Source: an uncultured Alphaproteobacteria bacterium (GTDB lineage Bacteria > Pseudomonadota > Alphaproteobacteria > Rs-D84). From it: DNA of 64,000 nucleotides. Positions 1 to 9,900 of this stretch are shown here, one piece after another. The stretch is taken from positions 177,349-241,348 of the forward strand of contig CALXLS010000002.1 of the NCBI GenBank assembly GCA_944389265.1. The letters are read 5' to 3'. The translations under genes were made by a program, and so were the position numbers. The notes beneath the pieces were generated by a model that ran no database searches, was not told the DNA's origin, and saw only the letters and a list, made by a program, of their open reading frames with translations. Within the stretch, counting starts at the first letter, position 1, and each line of letters starts with the position of its first letter.

Positions 1-760
1 CTTCTTCAAAACTTTCTTTCAAAGCATTTCTAACTGCAGACTCCGCATTTGCCAGTTCAAGTTCTGCCGCTGCCCTTTTTTCTGCCAAAGTATTTTTAAA
101 ACCCAAGCAATCAGAAGTTATTTGTCTAGCATATAATTGACGTAAAAACTCTATATCCCCAGCACAAGAATCAGGGACTTGAGCATAACATAGTTCATGT
201 GCTGCATTATATAACTCTGCACCAGTTTTATCTGCTATTGTGCTAACAGCATCTTCAAACACATCTTCTTCTGTATATAATGTATTTTCAAATAATGCCA
301 ACAAACTGGCTCTTTCTTGTTCTTTTTTTTCTGCTTCTGTTAACTCATTGTCACTAATTATATTACCTTCAGAATCATATCTACGTTCACCGGTAAAAAT
401 AATATCAGCATCTGCACCTGCTTTTACACGTTCAACTTCCACAGTATTAATTCTATTAGCCTCTTCTAATATAGCCTGAATTTCTGCAAACTCTTTTTCG
501 TATTCAATACTATCATCACTGCACGTACAACTACCACCATTAGAATTATCTGTAATGCAGAATTGATCCATACATCCGAAATAAGCATCATAGCAGGCTT
601 GATCATACAAACCAGTAGCAGTAACACGAGTCCTAACCGTTGTACCCTTTTGTATCGCAGATTGCTTTGTGGCGGTCGTACTAGTTAAAGCATAGGCCCC
701 TGTTATCATACCACACGCAATCAACCCAGACATAAAACCAAAAAGATTTTTTACTTTCAT
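1..760 (-). CDS. Secreted cysteine-rich coiled-coil protein, paralog family member. N-terminal part only; the gene runs off the window start.
   Basis: ATG at 758-760 (minus) preceded by AGGAAA SD. Translation MKVKNLFGFMSGLIACGMITGAYA... has a signal peptide, then ACYDAYFGCMDQFCITDNSNGGSCTCSDDS followed by a coiled-coil (EIQAILEEANRI...). The same Cys motif occurs in the ORFs at 829-2982, 3480-6047 and 33042-35984. Confidence 0.7.
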   Translation of the reverse strand, partial: MKVKNLFGFMSGLIACGMITGAYALTSTTATKQSAIQKGTTVRTRVTATGLYDQACYDAYFGCMDQFCITDNSNGGSCTCSDDSIEYEKEFAEIQAILEEANRINTVEVERVKAGADADIIFTGERRYDSEGNIISDNELTEAEKKEQERASLLALFENTLYTEEDVFEDAVSTIADKTGAELYNAAHELCYAQVPDSCAGDIEFLRQLYARQITSDCLGFKNTLAEKRAAAELELANAESAVRNALKESFEE

Positions 761-828
761 CTTTTTTCCTTTCAAATCCGAACTTTAATTATTATTCGGA
801 TAAAATTACACATCTTTGGAACTAAGAA

Positions 829-2982
829 TTACATGTTTATATCTTCGCAACTCTCAATTTCCTGACAGAATTCTTGTTCACCACCTGCGCTACGACCTGC
901 AAAAAGCCCGCCAATAGCACCAACAACACCACCGATTGCAGTCCCCCAACCTGGCGAAACCATTGTTCCTGCCGCTGCACCAGCGGACAACCCGCCTGCC
1001 AATCCTTTTACCCCAGCAGTACCTTTACTTTCACCGCCAACTTCACAAACTTGTTGCATACGGCAAACATGACAATTACGTAAAGCGGGTTCAAAAGATA
1101 CACTACGTATATAACTATAGTTTTTGCTAGACTTATCTGGTGTTTCTACTTTATAAGTATTTAAACAGTTTTGTTCTGCCGCTTCTAAATCCTGCTCACG
1201 CGATAACTCAGCAATTTTGCTTTCTAGTTCACGCATAGCACGATTTTCCGCACTAATTTGTGCAACTAATTTAGCACTATTAAACACATTTTCACCTAAA
1301 CTTTTTTGTCCTGCAGGTTTTTGACTATCCTGACAAGCAGCAACTGTTTTATCTTTTTCAAACTGAACAAAGAAATCATCAACTGCCGCTTCTGTATTTG
1401 CTCTAACAGTTTCACGCAATTCAGCAAGCCCCTCTTCTGTATCTGGCACAGCAACCAAAGACGTAATTTTTGTATCAGTTGGCAAACAAGACATATCTGT
1501 TCCACAAACATTACCCAGTTGTTCACCGAAATAATTTAAACATCCCTGCAACATTTGATAGTCCATCTGCAACAAAGCTGCCTGAACAATTATATCAAAC
1601 TGAGTTTCATTTTTACAAGATGGGAACATAGATTGCGGACAAAGTTCAGCGATTTCAATTGCAGTTTTACCGACGCACTCTGGCGCAGTAAAGTTATCAC
1701 CACATCTATCACGCAAACACTGGTCAATATCATTTTGACAAAATTGAGTACGCAAATATCCTAATTTATCATTAACAACCGCTTTTATGCCGGGGATCAT
1801 GGATTCACACTCATCAATTACTGGGCAAACACCCGCCGCGACATTAACATCTGTCAAACACGCAGAATTAGTCTCTGTTGAACAACCGTCTTCCAAACAA
1901 ACCTGTATCCTAGCCAAACAAGTTGCTCTTGCATTTTTATCTGCATACTTCGCTGCTTCGACTAATATACTTTCTGCCTCCGCTTCCCAATCATCTAAAA
2001 CATATTCACGAACGGCCATACACTGGTCTAATACATTTTCACAAGCATTTGCACGTCTACCCAACAAATCGGCATCTAAACAATTTTCAAAGTTTACACC
2101 ACAACCACCCTTATCAGAAATACATGCCCGATAAGCCAACAAACATTCACCACGGTTATACTTATTTGTAGTATCTAGCATTTCTAAGCGAGCCTGACGC
2201 ACCGCTGCTTCTGCCGTACGTTTATTAGATTCAGCAATTGCTTTTTGGTCATTTAAATAAGATTCAAAAGATTTACAATCTTGAACAATTTGACGCGCAT
2301 ACAAAACTTCTTCCATTTCGGCACTGCTGCCACAAGCCGCTAATTTATCAGAACAAAATTGTGAAGCCATCGCATATAAAGAATCACCAATATCCGCATC
2401 AGTTCCAAGACTAACTTCTTCTTCGGTTCCGCTACTTATCCAATCTAAGAAATTTATCCCTGAAACAGCAGAACTTTTCTTTGCCTGTTCGCTTTCACCG
2501 AACACAAGTTTTGCCTGGGCACCCAACTGTTCTCTTTCAACGCCCTCTGTATACAGCAAATCCGCTTCTTCTTGAATTTCCTGAATTTCTTGTATTAAAG
2601 ATTTTGACTGATTAATATTAGACGAACAAGCACAACGATTTCCTTCTGACTCATCTAACAAACAGAACTCGTCCATACACGCACGATACGCATCTCGGCA
2701 AGATTGATTTCCTGTTTGTGAACTACCTTCATCATCAGATGTATTTACATTTTCATCCGTAGTAGAACTACTAGAATCAGAAGAGTTTGTAGTTCCTGCC
2801 GGTTTAGTTGACATCGTAGGATTAGTTGTATTTGTCGTAATATTTGCGGTCATATTAGGCACCCGCACACCAGCCATAGACATACGATTTACGCCAACTC
2901 TGACATTAGAATCTGCGCGTTCTGCGGCAAAAGCGAAACCTGGGAACGTTAATAAAACCGCCAAAATAAATCTTAATTTCAT
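829..2982 (-). CDS. Secreted cysteine-rich coiled-coil protein (paralog family) with a C-terminal Gly-zipper segment
   Basis: Start is taken at the internal Met of the 743-aa ORF. MKLRFILAVLLTFPGFAFA is a signal peptide and GGGTGGG lies upstream as a Shine-Dalgarno (SD) sequence. A Thr/Ser/Asn-rich linker is followed by the motif SCRDAYRACMDEFCLLDESEGNRCACSS and a coiled-coil. The C-terminal ~400 aa carry many Cys. Near the end is GLAGGLSAGAAAGTMVSPGWGTAIGGVVGAIGGLFAG. Confidence 0.75.
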   Translation of the reverse strand: MKLRFILAVLLTFPGFAFAAERADSNVRVGVNRMSMAGVRVPNMTANITTNTTNPTMSTKPAGTTNSSDSSSSTTDENVNTSDDEGSSQTGNQSCRDAYRACMDEFCLLDESEGNRCACSSNINQSKSLIQEIQEIQEEADLLYTEGVEREQLGAQAKLVFGESEQAKKSSAVSGINFLDWISSGTEEEVSLGTDADIGDSLYAMASQFCSDKLAACGSSAEMEEVLYARQIVQDCKSFESYLNDQKAIAESNKRTAEAAVRQARLEMLDTTNKYNRGECLLAYRACISDKGGCGVNFENCLDADLLGRRANACENVLDQCMAVREYVLDDWEAEAESILVEAAKYADKNARATCLARIQVCLEDGCSTETNSACLTDVNVAAGVCPVIDECESMIPGIKAVVNDKLGYLRTQFCQNDIDQCLRDRCGDNFTAPECVGKTAIEIAELCPQSMFPSCKNETQFDIIVQAALLQMDYQMLQGCLNYFGEQLGNVCGTDMSCLPTDTKITSLVAVPDTEEGLAELRETVRANTEAAVDDFFVQFEKDKTVAACQDSQKPAGQKSLGENVFNSAKLVAQISAENRAMRELESKIAELSREQDLEAAEQNCLNTYKVETPDKSSKNYSYIRSVSFEPALRNCHVCRMQQVCEVGGESKGTAGVKGLAGGLSAGAAAGTMVSPGWGTAIGGVVGAIGGLFAGRSAGGEQEFCQEIESCEDINM

Positions 2983-3120
2983 AAAACCCACCCTACATAA
3001 ATTATTATTGATTTTATCAAATGAAGAGTTTGTGTGCAAGCACATAAAAACAACTTGCAATATTTTATTAAAAATAATATTATAAGCACTGTAATTTTTA
3101 AGTAAATTCTGAGGATAATT

Positions 3121-3375
3121 ATGGCAAAAGATGATGTAATTGTTTTTAGCGGCACAGTGGAAGACAAACTTCCCAACACAATGTTTCGCGTAAAACTAGA
3201 AAACGGTCATGAAATTTTAGCAACCGTATGTGGCAAAATGCGCAAGGCTCGCATATGGGTAAACGTTGGCGAAAAAGTTCGTGTAGAAATGACGCCATAC
3301 GACTTAGACAAAGGCAGAATAACATTTGTTGAACGCAATCGCACAACAGGTGATTCAACCGGAAACGCAATATAA
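3121..3375 (+). CDS. infA: Translation initiation factor IF-1
   Basis: 84 aa, [42 protein letters not shown]...[12 protein letters not shown] is the canonical IF-1 S1-like sequence. GAGGATAATT SD sits before the ATG. Confidence 0.93.
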   Translation: MAKDDVIVFSGTVEDKLPNTMFRVKLENGHEILATVCGKMRKARIWVNVGEKVRVEMTPYDLDKGRITFVERNRTTGDSTGNAI

Positions 3376-3379
3376 AATT

Positions 3380-3401
3380 CTGCCCAAAGGCAGGATTTTT
3401 T
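3380..3401 (+). terminator. Rho-independent terminator after infA
   Basis: CTGCC-caaa-GGCAG hairpin followed by a T6 tract. Confidence 0.6.
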
Positions 3402-3479
3402 CTTATTAAAAAAGCATATATTTTTTAAATATTCCTTTCCTTAAAAATATATTTTTGTTATCATACTTAAAAGATAAGG

Positions 3480-6047
3480 ATGAAAAAGTTTTTGCTTTTT
3501 GTACTAGCGTATAGCATAGGCATCGGCTGTGTCGATGCTGCTGTTCGTGGCACAGAAACTATAAACAGAAACCCAAAAGATTCAGGCGTTACTACAGTTA
3601 TTGCGCGTGCCGCGACAAACGCGTCTGCAACCACCCAAGGACAAAGCCAAACAAACAGAACGACAACGAATACAACTACACGTGATACAGGCAATACAAT
3701 TTCCAGAACAACAACTGCAAAAAACATTACTCAATCTAACGTTTCACGCAACGCAACCACAGCCCGCAGCACATCTAATACAGCGCAATCATCGACTTCG
3801 CGGAATGCAGCGAACAATTCTGTTGTAAGAACAACAGCAACACCTAGGAAAACAGTAACTCCCTCTGCGCGTTCTGCACTAACTCCTGGTCGCGCATCTA
3901 CGATATCGACATCATCAACGAATACATTTGGAACAAGTTATAATTCATGTCGCGATGCATATTTCACATGCATGGATCAGTTTTGTGCGAACGCAAATGA
4001 CTCTTATCGTCGCTGTGTTTGTTCTTCTCGTCTTTCCGAAATACAGGAAAAGGAACGTGCTTTATCCCAAAGCGCAAATCAAATCCAAGATTTCAAAGAT
4101 TTAAATCTAGAAGTAATACCTAAAACTGCCGAGGAAGTAAAAGCGATGCTTTCCGCAACAGAAGGTGAAAATGCTATAAAATCAGACAATTCTGCATCTG
4201 CCCAGAAATTAGCAGGTATAAGTGATGTATTATCATCAACAAAATCAAAATCCTTATCCACCCTAGGTACTCTGGACATCGCCGGTGATATAAATCAGAT
4301 ATGGGCAACAACGGATCTAGCATCAGGTGAAAACATCATAAATTTAACGGGTGAATCTCTTTACAATGCGGTTCATGCACAATGTGCAGAACTGGTATCT
4401 GGGAACTGTACATCAACAGCAACCTTTAATATGGTTGTATCAGCTTATGGTATGTACATTGAAAACGACTGCACAACATTGGCAAATGCGCTTGATAAAA
4501 GTTTAAACCAAGCAAACAGTACCATACGCGATACAGAACGTGAAATGAACATGGCACGTCTTGACAATTATAATGCACATAATTCTACTTCCATAAACGA
4601 TTGTATTGCTCAGGTTCGTAAAGACATAACAGCAGATAACGCATGTGGTGAAGATTACGTACACTGCCTGGATATAACAGGTCGATATTTAAATCGTGAA
4701 ACGGGTGAACCAATTTACACCCAAGATTTTTATCAATTAGAAGCGCAAACCTCTTTAAGTGGTGATATATTAACAAATCCGACAAACCGCATGCTTGTTG
4801 CAGAATTAAATCGGAAACGTAGTTTTGCAGAACGCGGTCTAGAAACATGTCGTGATATTGCCGATGAAGTATGGGATGAATTTATGCGTCAAGCAATTAC
4901 AGAAATCTATCAAGGTCAGCAAGAAAAAATCAGAAACGTAAAGAACGAATGTTTAGACGTTGTAAACGCATGCTATGACGAACAAAGTGAATCATTAAAA
5001 GACTTTACAAACATAAAAGAAGAATTGCTATTAGGTTCTCGTTTGGAACTATCAGAAGAACTATGCCAAGAAAAACTATATGCATGCAGCAACCTATACG
5101 GGGATCCAAATGGTAATGGTTTAGAATTACTAATAACCGCCATGCATAACATAACCGACCAAAAAATTGCCCAAGAATGCGCCACATTGTTAAAAGAATT
5201 TGCAATTGATATGTGCGCTGTACCAAGCAATGACAGTTTACATTCATATCCTTATGGTTGTCGTGTTTATGCTCCGGGTGATCAAATTTATGCGTCTAAT
5301 TGGTTCTGCAACCAATTACAATGGTCGTCTAACAATAATTCTGAATCAACGACACAACCTACAAATCCGCCTGTCACACCTACAAAAGGATATATATGTC
5401 CTTCATATAAGAAATATACATCTTGTAATATTGGTTATTACCTTGCGACAAAGAATACATCTGGGGAATGGGTGCACAATGCCAATCCAGTTCCGGGCAA
5501 TTCTTGTATAGCCTGTCCTGCCAACGCACAATGTCCTGGTGGAACAAAAGCCCCAATTGGTGAATCCTTCGACCAAGAAGGAATTGACTGTGGTACAGAC
5601 TATGCAGGAAGTTTGTACCAGAAGGTAGTAAAATATGCGACCCAGGTATGTATACGTCCTTCAGATTTAGAAGAAATTACTGCAGGTAAAAAAGATATAC
5701 CAACCACAGTTTTAGAAGACGTTAATGTTGTAATGGATTCAATTCGTGTAGAAATGGCAAAGGTATTATCTGCAGAATGCGAACGCCTTGGTGGTGTATG
5801 GGTTGATACGCAATGGATAGACACGAAGCATCCGAAAGACGCTGATTCTGACATAACGACACGTGCCCCAAGTGACTTAATAGAAGGCTCTGATAACATA
5901 CACGATATAACCGGACATATATTATACAAATATTTCTATGACGAAACTGGTGCTAATACAAAATGGGGATATTGCGCAGATAAAGAGCAAATGACAGCAA
6001 CAGAAGAAGATGAAAAAGAAGGAACTAATAACACCACAGGTGAATAA
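3480..6047 (+). CDS. Secreted cysteine-rich coiled-coil protein (paralog family), 855 aa
   Basis: Signal peptide MKKFLLFVLAYSIGIGCVDAA. A long Thr/Ser/Asn/Arg-rich low-complexity N-terminal region precedes the motif SCRDAYFTCMDQFCANANDSYRRCVCSSRLSEIQEKER, a coiled-coil, and a C-terminal region with >30 Cys. Confidence 0.8.
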   Translation: MKKFLLFVLAYSIGIGCVDAAVRGTETINRNPKDSGVTTVIARAATNASATTQGQSQTNRTTTNTTTRDTGNTISRTTTAKNITQSNVSRNATTARSTSNTAQSSTSRNAANNSVVRTTATPRKTVTPSARSALTPGRASTISTSSTNTFGTSYNSCRDAYFTCMDQFCANANDSYRRCVCSSRLSEIQEKERALSQSANQIQDFKDLNLEVIPKTAEEVKAMLSATEGENAIKSDNSASAQKLAGISDVLSSTKSKSLSTLGTLDIAGDINQIWATTDLASGENIINLTGESLYNAVHAQCAELVSGNCTSTATFNMVVSAYGMYIENDCTTLANALDKSLNQANSTIRDTEREMNMARLDNYNAHNSTSINDCIAQVRKDITADNACGEDYVHCLDITGRYLNRETGEPIYTQDFYQLEAQTSLSGDILTNPTNRMLVAELNRKRSFAERGLETCRDIADEVWDEFMRQAITEIYQGQQEKIRNVKNECLDVVNACYDEQSESLKDFTNIKEELLLGSRLELSEELCQEKLYACSNLYGDPNGNGLELLITAMHNITDQKIAQECATLLKEFAIDMCAVPSNDSLHSYPYGCRVYAPGDQIYASNWFCNQLQWSSNNNSESTTQPTNPPVTPTKGYICPSYKKYTSCNIGYYLATKNTSGEWVHNANPVPGNSCIACPANAQCPGGTKAPIGESFDQEGIDCGTDYAGSLYQKVVKYATQVCIRPSDLEEITAGKKDIPTTVLEDVNVVMDSIRVEMAKVLSAECERLGGVWVDTQWIDTKHPKDADSDITTRAPSDLIEGSDNIHDITGHILYKYFYDETGANTKWGYCADKEQMTATEEDEKEGTNNTTGE

Positions 6048-6105
6048 CAAAGTCATCTTGATAAAGGAATAAAAATTTGATAAAATAAAAGAACAAGAGA
6101 GAAAA

Positions 6106-6810
6106 ATGAAAAAAATATTTGCAGTTTCTTTGATAAGCATACTCGCATCAAACGGCGCAAATGCTGCAATCAATTGGTGGGAAAGACCGACAGTTTGTCG
6201 TTTAGATCCAACTGACTGCTATACCAGCATGGGTACAGGATACGACAGCGAAATGTGGGATGCAAACAGTGAATGTTGGGGTATGAAATTAATCTGCCCA
6301 GAAGCACTAAAACGCGAAGAATACCAACCTGTTCCTATGGGGAAAACAGAAATTGCAAAAGGTACAGAAATCAAACAAGATTTCAACACTGATATATTAA
6401 ATGGTGATTGTTTTGGTGTAAGAAAAACAACATCTAATGGAACCATGGCATCTGTTGATGGAGAATATGTAAAAGTTTGGTGTAACGGCATACTAGAAAA
6501 CCCAGATGAATTTTTAACTAACGGTGAAATAACTTATGGTACACAACCAACCTGTTCTGACTTAGCAGAATATGGTTACGTTGGTATTGTAAACAATCGC
6601 TGTTACGGGAAATATTACGACGCATCAGAATATTTTATTGAATGTGAAGGTGATGATTTATTACCAAGTCGCATAATCTTATTAAATGGTGCCGACTATA
6701 ATGCACCATCTGGTAATGCACCTGCAGACAAATCCGCAGCAGATAAAATATTCGATCAAATGGAATCTGTATCAGAAACGCAAAGACAAAAATATTTTGA
6801 CAAAGACTAA
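6106..6810 (+). CDS. Small secreted cysteine-rich protein (234 aa)
   Basis: Signal peptide MKKIFAVSLISILASNGANA. Twelve or more Cys are spaced through the protein. Terminator hairpins follow directly. Confidence 0.7.
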   Translation: MKKIFAVSLISILASNGANAAINWWERPTVCRLDPTDCYTSMGTGYDSEMWDANSECWGMKLICPEALKREEYQPVPMGKTEIAKGTEIKQDFNTDILNGDCFGVRKTTSNGTMASVDGEYVKVWCNGILENPDEFLTNGEITYGTQPTCSDLAEYGYVGIVNNRCYGKYYDASEYFIECEGDDLLPSRIILLNGADYNAPSGNAPADKSAADKIFDQMESVSETQRQKYFDKD

Positions 6811-6819
6811 AAATATTAC

Positions 6820-6848
6820 AGGAGGCAACAAAGCCTCCTTATTTTATT
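6820..6848 (+). terminator. Rho-independent terminator
   Basis: AGGAGGC-aacaaa-GCCTCCT hairpin followed by TATTTTATT. Confidence 0.6.
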
Positions 6849-6910
6849 CTGCCGTAACATCATACCGGATATTTTACCTCAATAAAAATAATTAACTAAT
6901 TTTTCATATA

Positions 6911-6940
6911 AAAATCCCCCAACTGGGGGATTTTATTTTG
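6911..6940. terminator. Bidirectional terminator between convergent genes
   Basis: AAAA-TCCCCC-aact-GGGGGA-TTTTATTTT. An A-tract and a T-tract flank a 6-bp GC stem. The element sits between the + gene ending at 6810 and the - gene ending at 6948. Confidence 0.65.
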
Positions 6941-6947
6941 GTTATTT

Positions 6948-9900
6948 TTAGAAATTATATCTGAACTTCAACATACCTGTCTGAGAAGTGTAATCTTCAT
7001 GCAAGTCTAAGTCATAGTTCAACGATACTTCTACACCCTTATAGTTTGCAGTCAAACCGATACCGAATTCACCACCCAAGCGAGACAGACGTTTACTGTC
7101 AACAATGTATGATGCGGCACCAGGCATTGTGACTGTTGCGATTGCTTCATCAGACAATACGTCATATGTAGCTGCCGCACGCAATTCTGGACGCAAACTT
7201 AAACCTTTTTCTGTATCGATATCAAAGACATACTTTACACCTGCGACACCTGTCAAGTAATCTGTATCGCCAACTTTGATATCTGCCAAGCCGTTATTAT
7301 AGTCGTCTTGAGAGATATGTAAGTAGCGAACACCTGCTTCTGGTGTCAAACCATTTGCAAAGTCATAACCACCCATGACCTGACCACCGAAAGATGTGAC
7401 ATCATATTCAGAGTTAACTTCAACACCGAATGCATTTGTCGTTTCTGTATAGTCCGCCATTGTGTAGTTCAATGCAGCATTTACATACCACTGTGCTGGT
7501 TTATACTGACCATATACGAATATGCTGTTGCTTTCAATATCTGTATCACGAGCATTTTCTGCGTGAACATCTGTTGAGTTATAAGCATAACCGATACCAA
7601 TTGTATAATCACCATCAATCAATGCATCTGCACCGACAGCGACTCCACGAGTATAACCATCGAATTGACCGTTCAGTTTAGATTTATTGAACAGCCCCTG
7701 CGCCCATACACCATAATCTGCATTTGCTAAATCACCACCACTACGTCCAACATTTGCATTACCGGACATACGACCAGAAGCCAAGGACAAGACCTGATTC
7801 TGAACTGATGTAGCGACAGAATGAGTAACAGGTTTATCATCTGCTTTCAACTTTGCAGATTCTGCTTCAACATATTCTGTATTACCTTCTGCCAAAGCCT
7901 GCTGAGCTACCAACGAAGCTATTCCCATTTCATAGCTATCGCTATTTGCTAATCCTGCCAATACACCTGCTGTATCTACTGCCAAGTTTGTTGCGGCTGC
8001 AATTTCTTCGACAGCTTTTGTTTCAACTACGATAGCACTGCCATCCATAGAAACATTATACAAAGCATCATTTGCATTGATTGTCAGATTAGCAATTTCA
8101 AGGTCTTCATCTACAAAGATGTTATAGACCCCAGTTGCACCTATATTCAATGTAAGTTCTGCGGAATCACCAACCGTCAAGTCACCGACCAATTTACCGT
8201 AAGACTGAGAGTTTACGATAGAAGCAGCAACATTACCATTGATGTTCATTGTACCCTGATTGATTGTGTTAGCACCGATATTCAGAGTAGCCCCTTCGTT
8301 CAAACTCAAAGAACCTGTACCTGTGATACCGCCACCAATGATGGTTGTGCCATCAGCAAAAGTCAAGGAACCTAAGTTGTGGATATCATTTGCGACACCT
8401 GCTGCAGTATTACCTGCGAAAACGTTATCACCTTGGAAAGTCAAATTGCCTTTTGTGTCGTTATAAACTGCACCACCGAATTCACCAGAAGTGTTATTCG
8501 TAAATGTTACATTTTTCAATGTTGCAGTCTGCCCTTCATAACCCACTGCAGAATTTATATTGGCAAACGCGCCACCTTTTTTACCGGCTTTATTTCCATC
8601 GAATAAAACACCGTCAATCATACCGATTTTACCAGCATTTGTAATAGCACCACCCTGTTGCACTACACCTGTCAAAGCAGTATTATTTATGAACGCCGCA
8701 TTTTCGATTTTTTCAACCGTATCTATCTGCCCAAGTGTACCGTTCCACAAAGCACCACCATTACCCCCCTGATTATATTCAAAGACAGTATCAGTAATAC
8801 TTGTTATAACACCCTGGTTTCTGATAGCGCCACCATTTGAAGCGATATTACCATAGAAATAAGAATCAGAAATAGAATTAATTGTTCCTTGTCCTAAATC
8901 AGGCAGATTAGCATTGTTTATTGCACCACCATTTGCAGAATAGTTATTCTGGAAACGCATGCCCTTTAATTCAGCAATATTACCAGAATTATACAATGCA
9001 CCACCTGCATTATCTGCACGGTTTGCATAGAACGTTGTATTTTCTGCTAATGTTAATTCGCCATCATTAAATATAGCACCACCAAAACCGCTTACATGGT
9101 CTTCTGATTGTGCCGCATTATTTACAAAGTGCCCTGTGATATTTGCAGTTCCTTTGTTATACAAAGCACCACCATAAACCTTTCCGGTATTAGAGAAAGC
9201 CAAGTTATTCTGGAAATTACCTTTTGCAGTAAATGTGCCTTCATTATAAACAGCACCACCTTGTGCGGTTGTCACATTTGTTGTAACGCTGTTTCCACCG
9301 AAATTACCTTCTACATCAACTGTTGCATTTTTACCACTTGCTTCTTTGATAGAAATAGCACCACCTGTAGAAGTTTTTGCTATATCTTTATTATCTGTCA
9401 CGGCAACAACTTTATTATTTATAAAGTCGCCTGTGATTTTATCAATAGAAACATCTGTGTTTGGTCCCGCTTTGATATAAATAGCACCACCATTCGCATA
9501 AGCATCACCAGTTGCACTATTATTTACAAAGTTACCATTAATGGAACCGATTTTTGTTGTATCACCAGTTGCCCATTTACCTTCGATATGAATCGCGCCA
9601 CCCCCAGCAGAAACTAACTTATCCTGAGAAACCATTTCATCAGAATAATCTTTGTCTTCACCGACAATTTCTGCGATTGCTGCGTTACCAACAAAATTAC
9701 CTGTGATACTTTCTATTGTACTTTGATACAAAGCCAACGCACCACCGTTTGCGGTTGCTTTACTTGCAGTTTCTGATTTAGTATGTGCAGTATTATTAGA
9801 AAAATCGCCTGTAACAGCACCAATTTCACCAAAATTATAAATAGCACCACCTTGTGCATAAACGTCATCGGTCAAAGAGGCTTTTGCATCTTTATAAGCT

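Noticed and set aside
9108-9617. 169-aa plus-strand ORF inside the autotransporter gene
   Set aside because: Antisense to a 1277-aa ORF with clear repeats and signal peptide. Cys-rich composition from a GC-skewed shadow frame.
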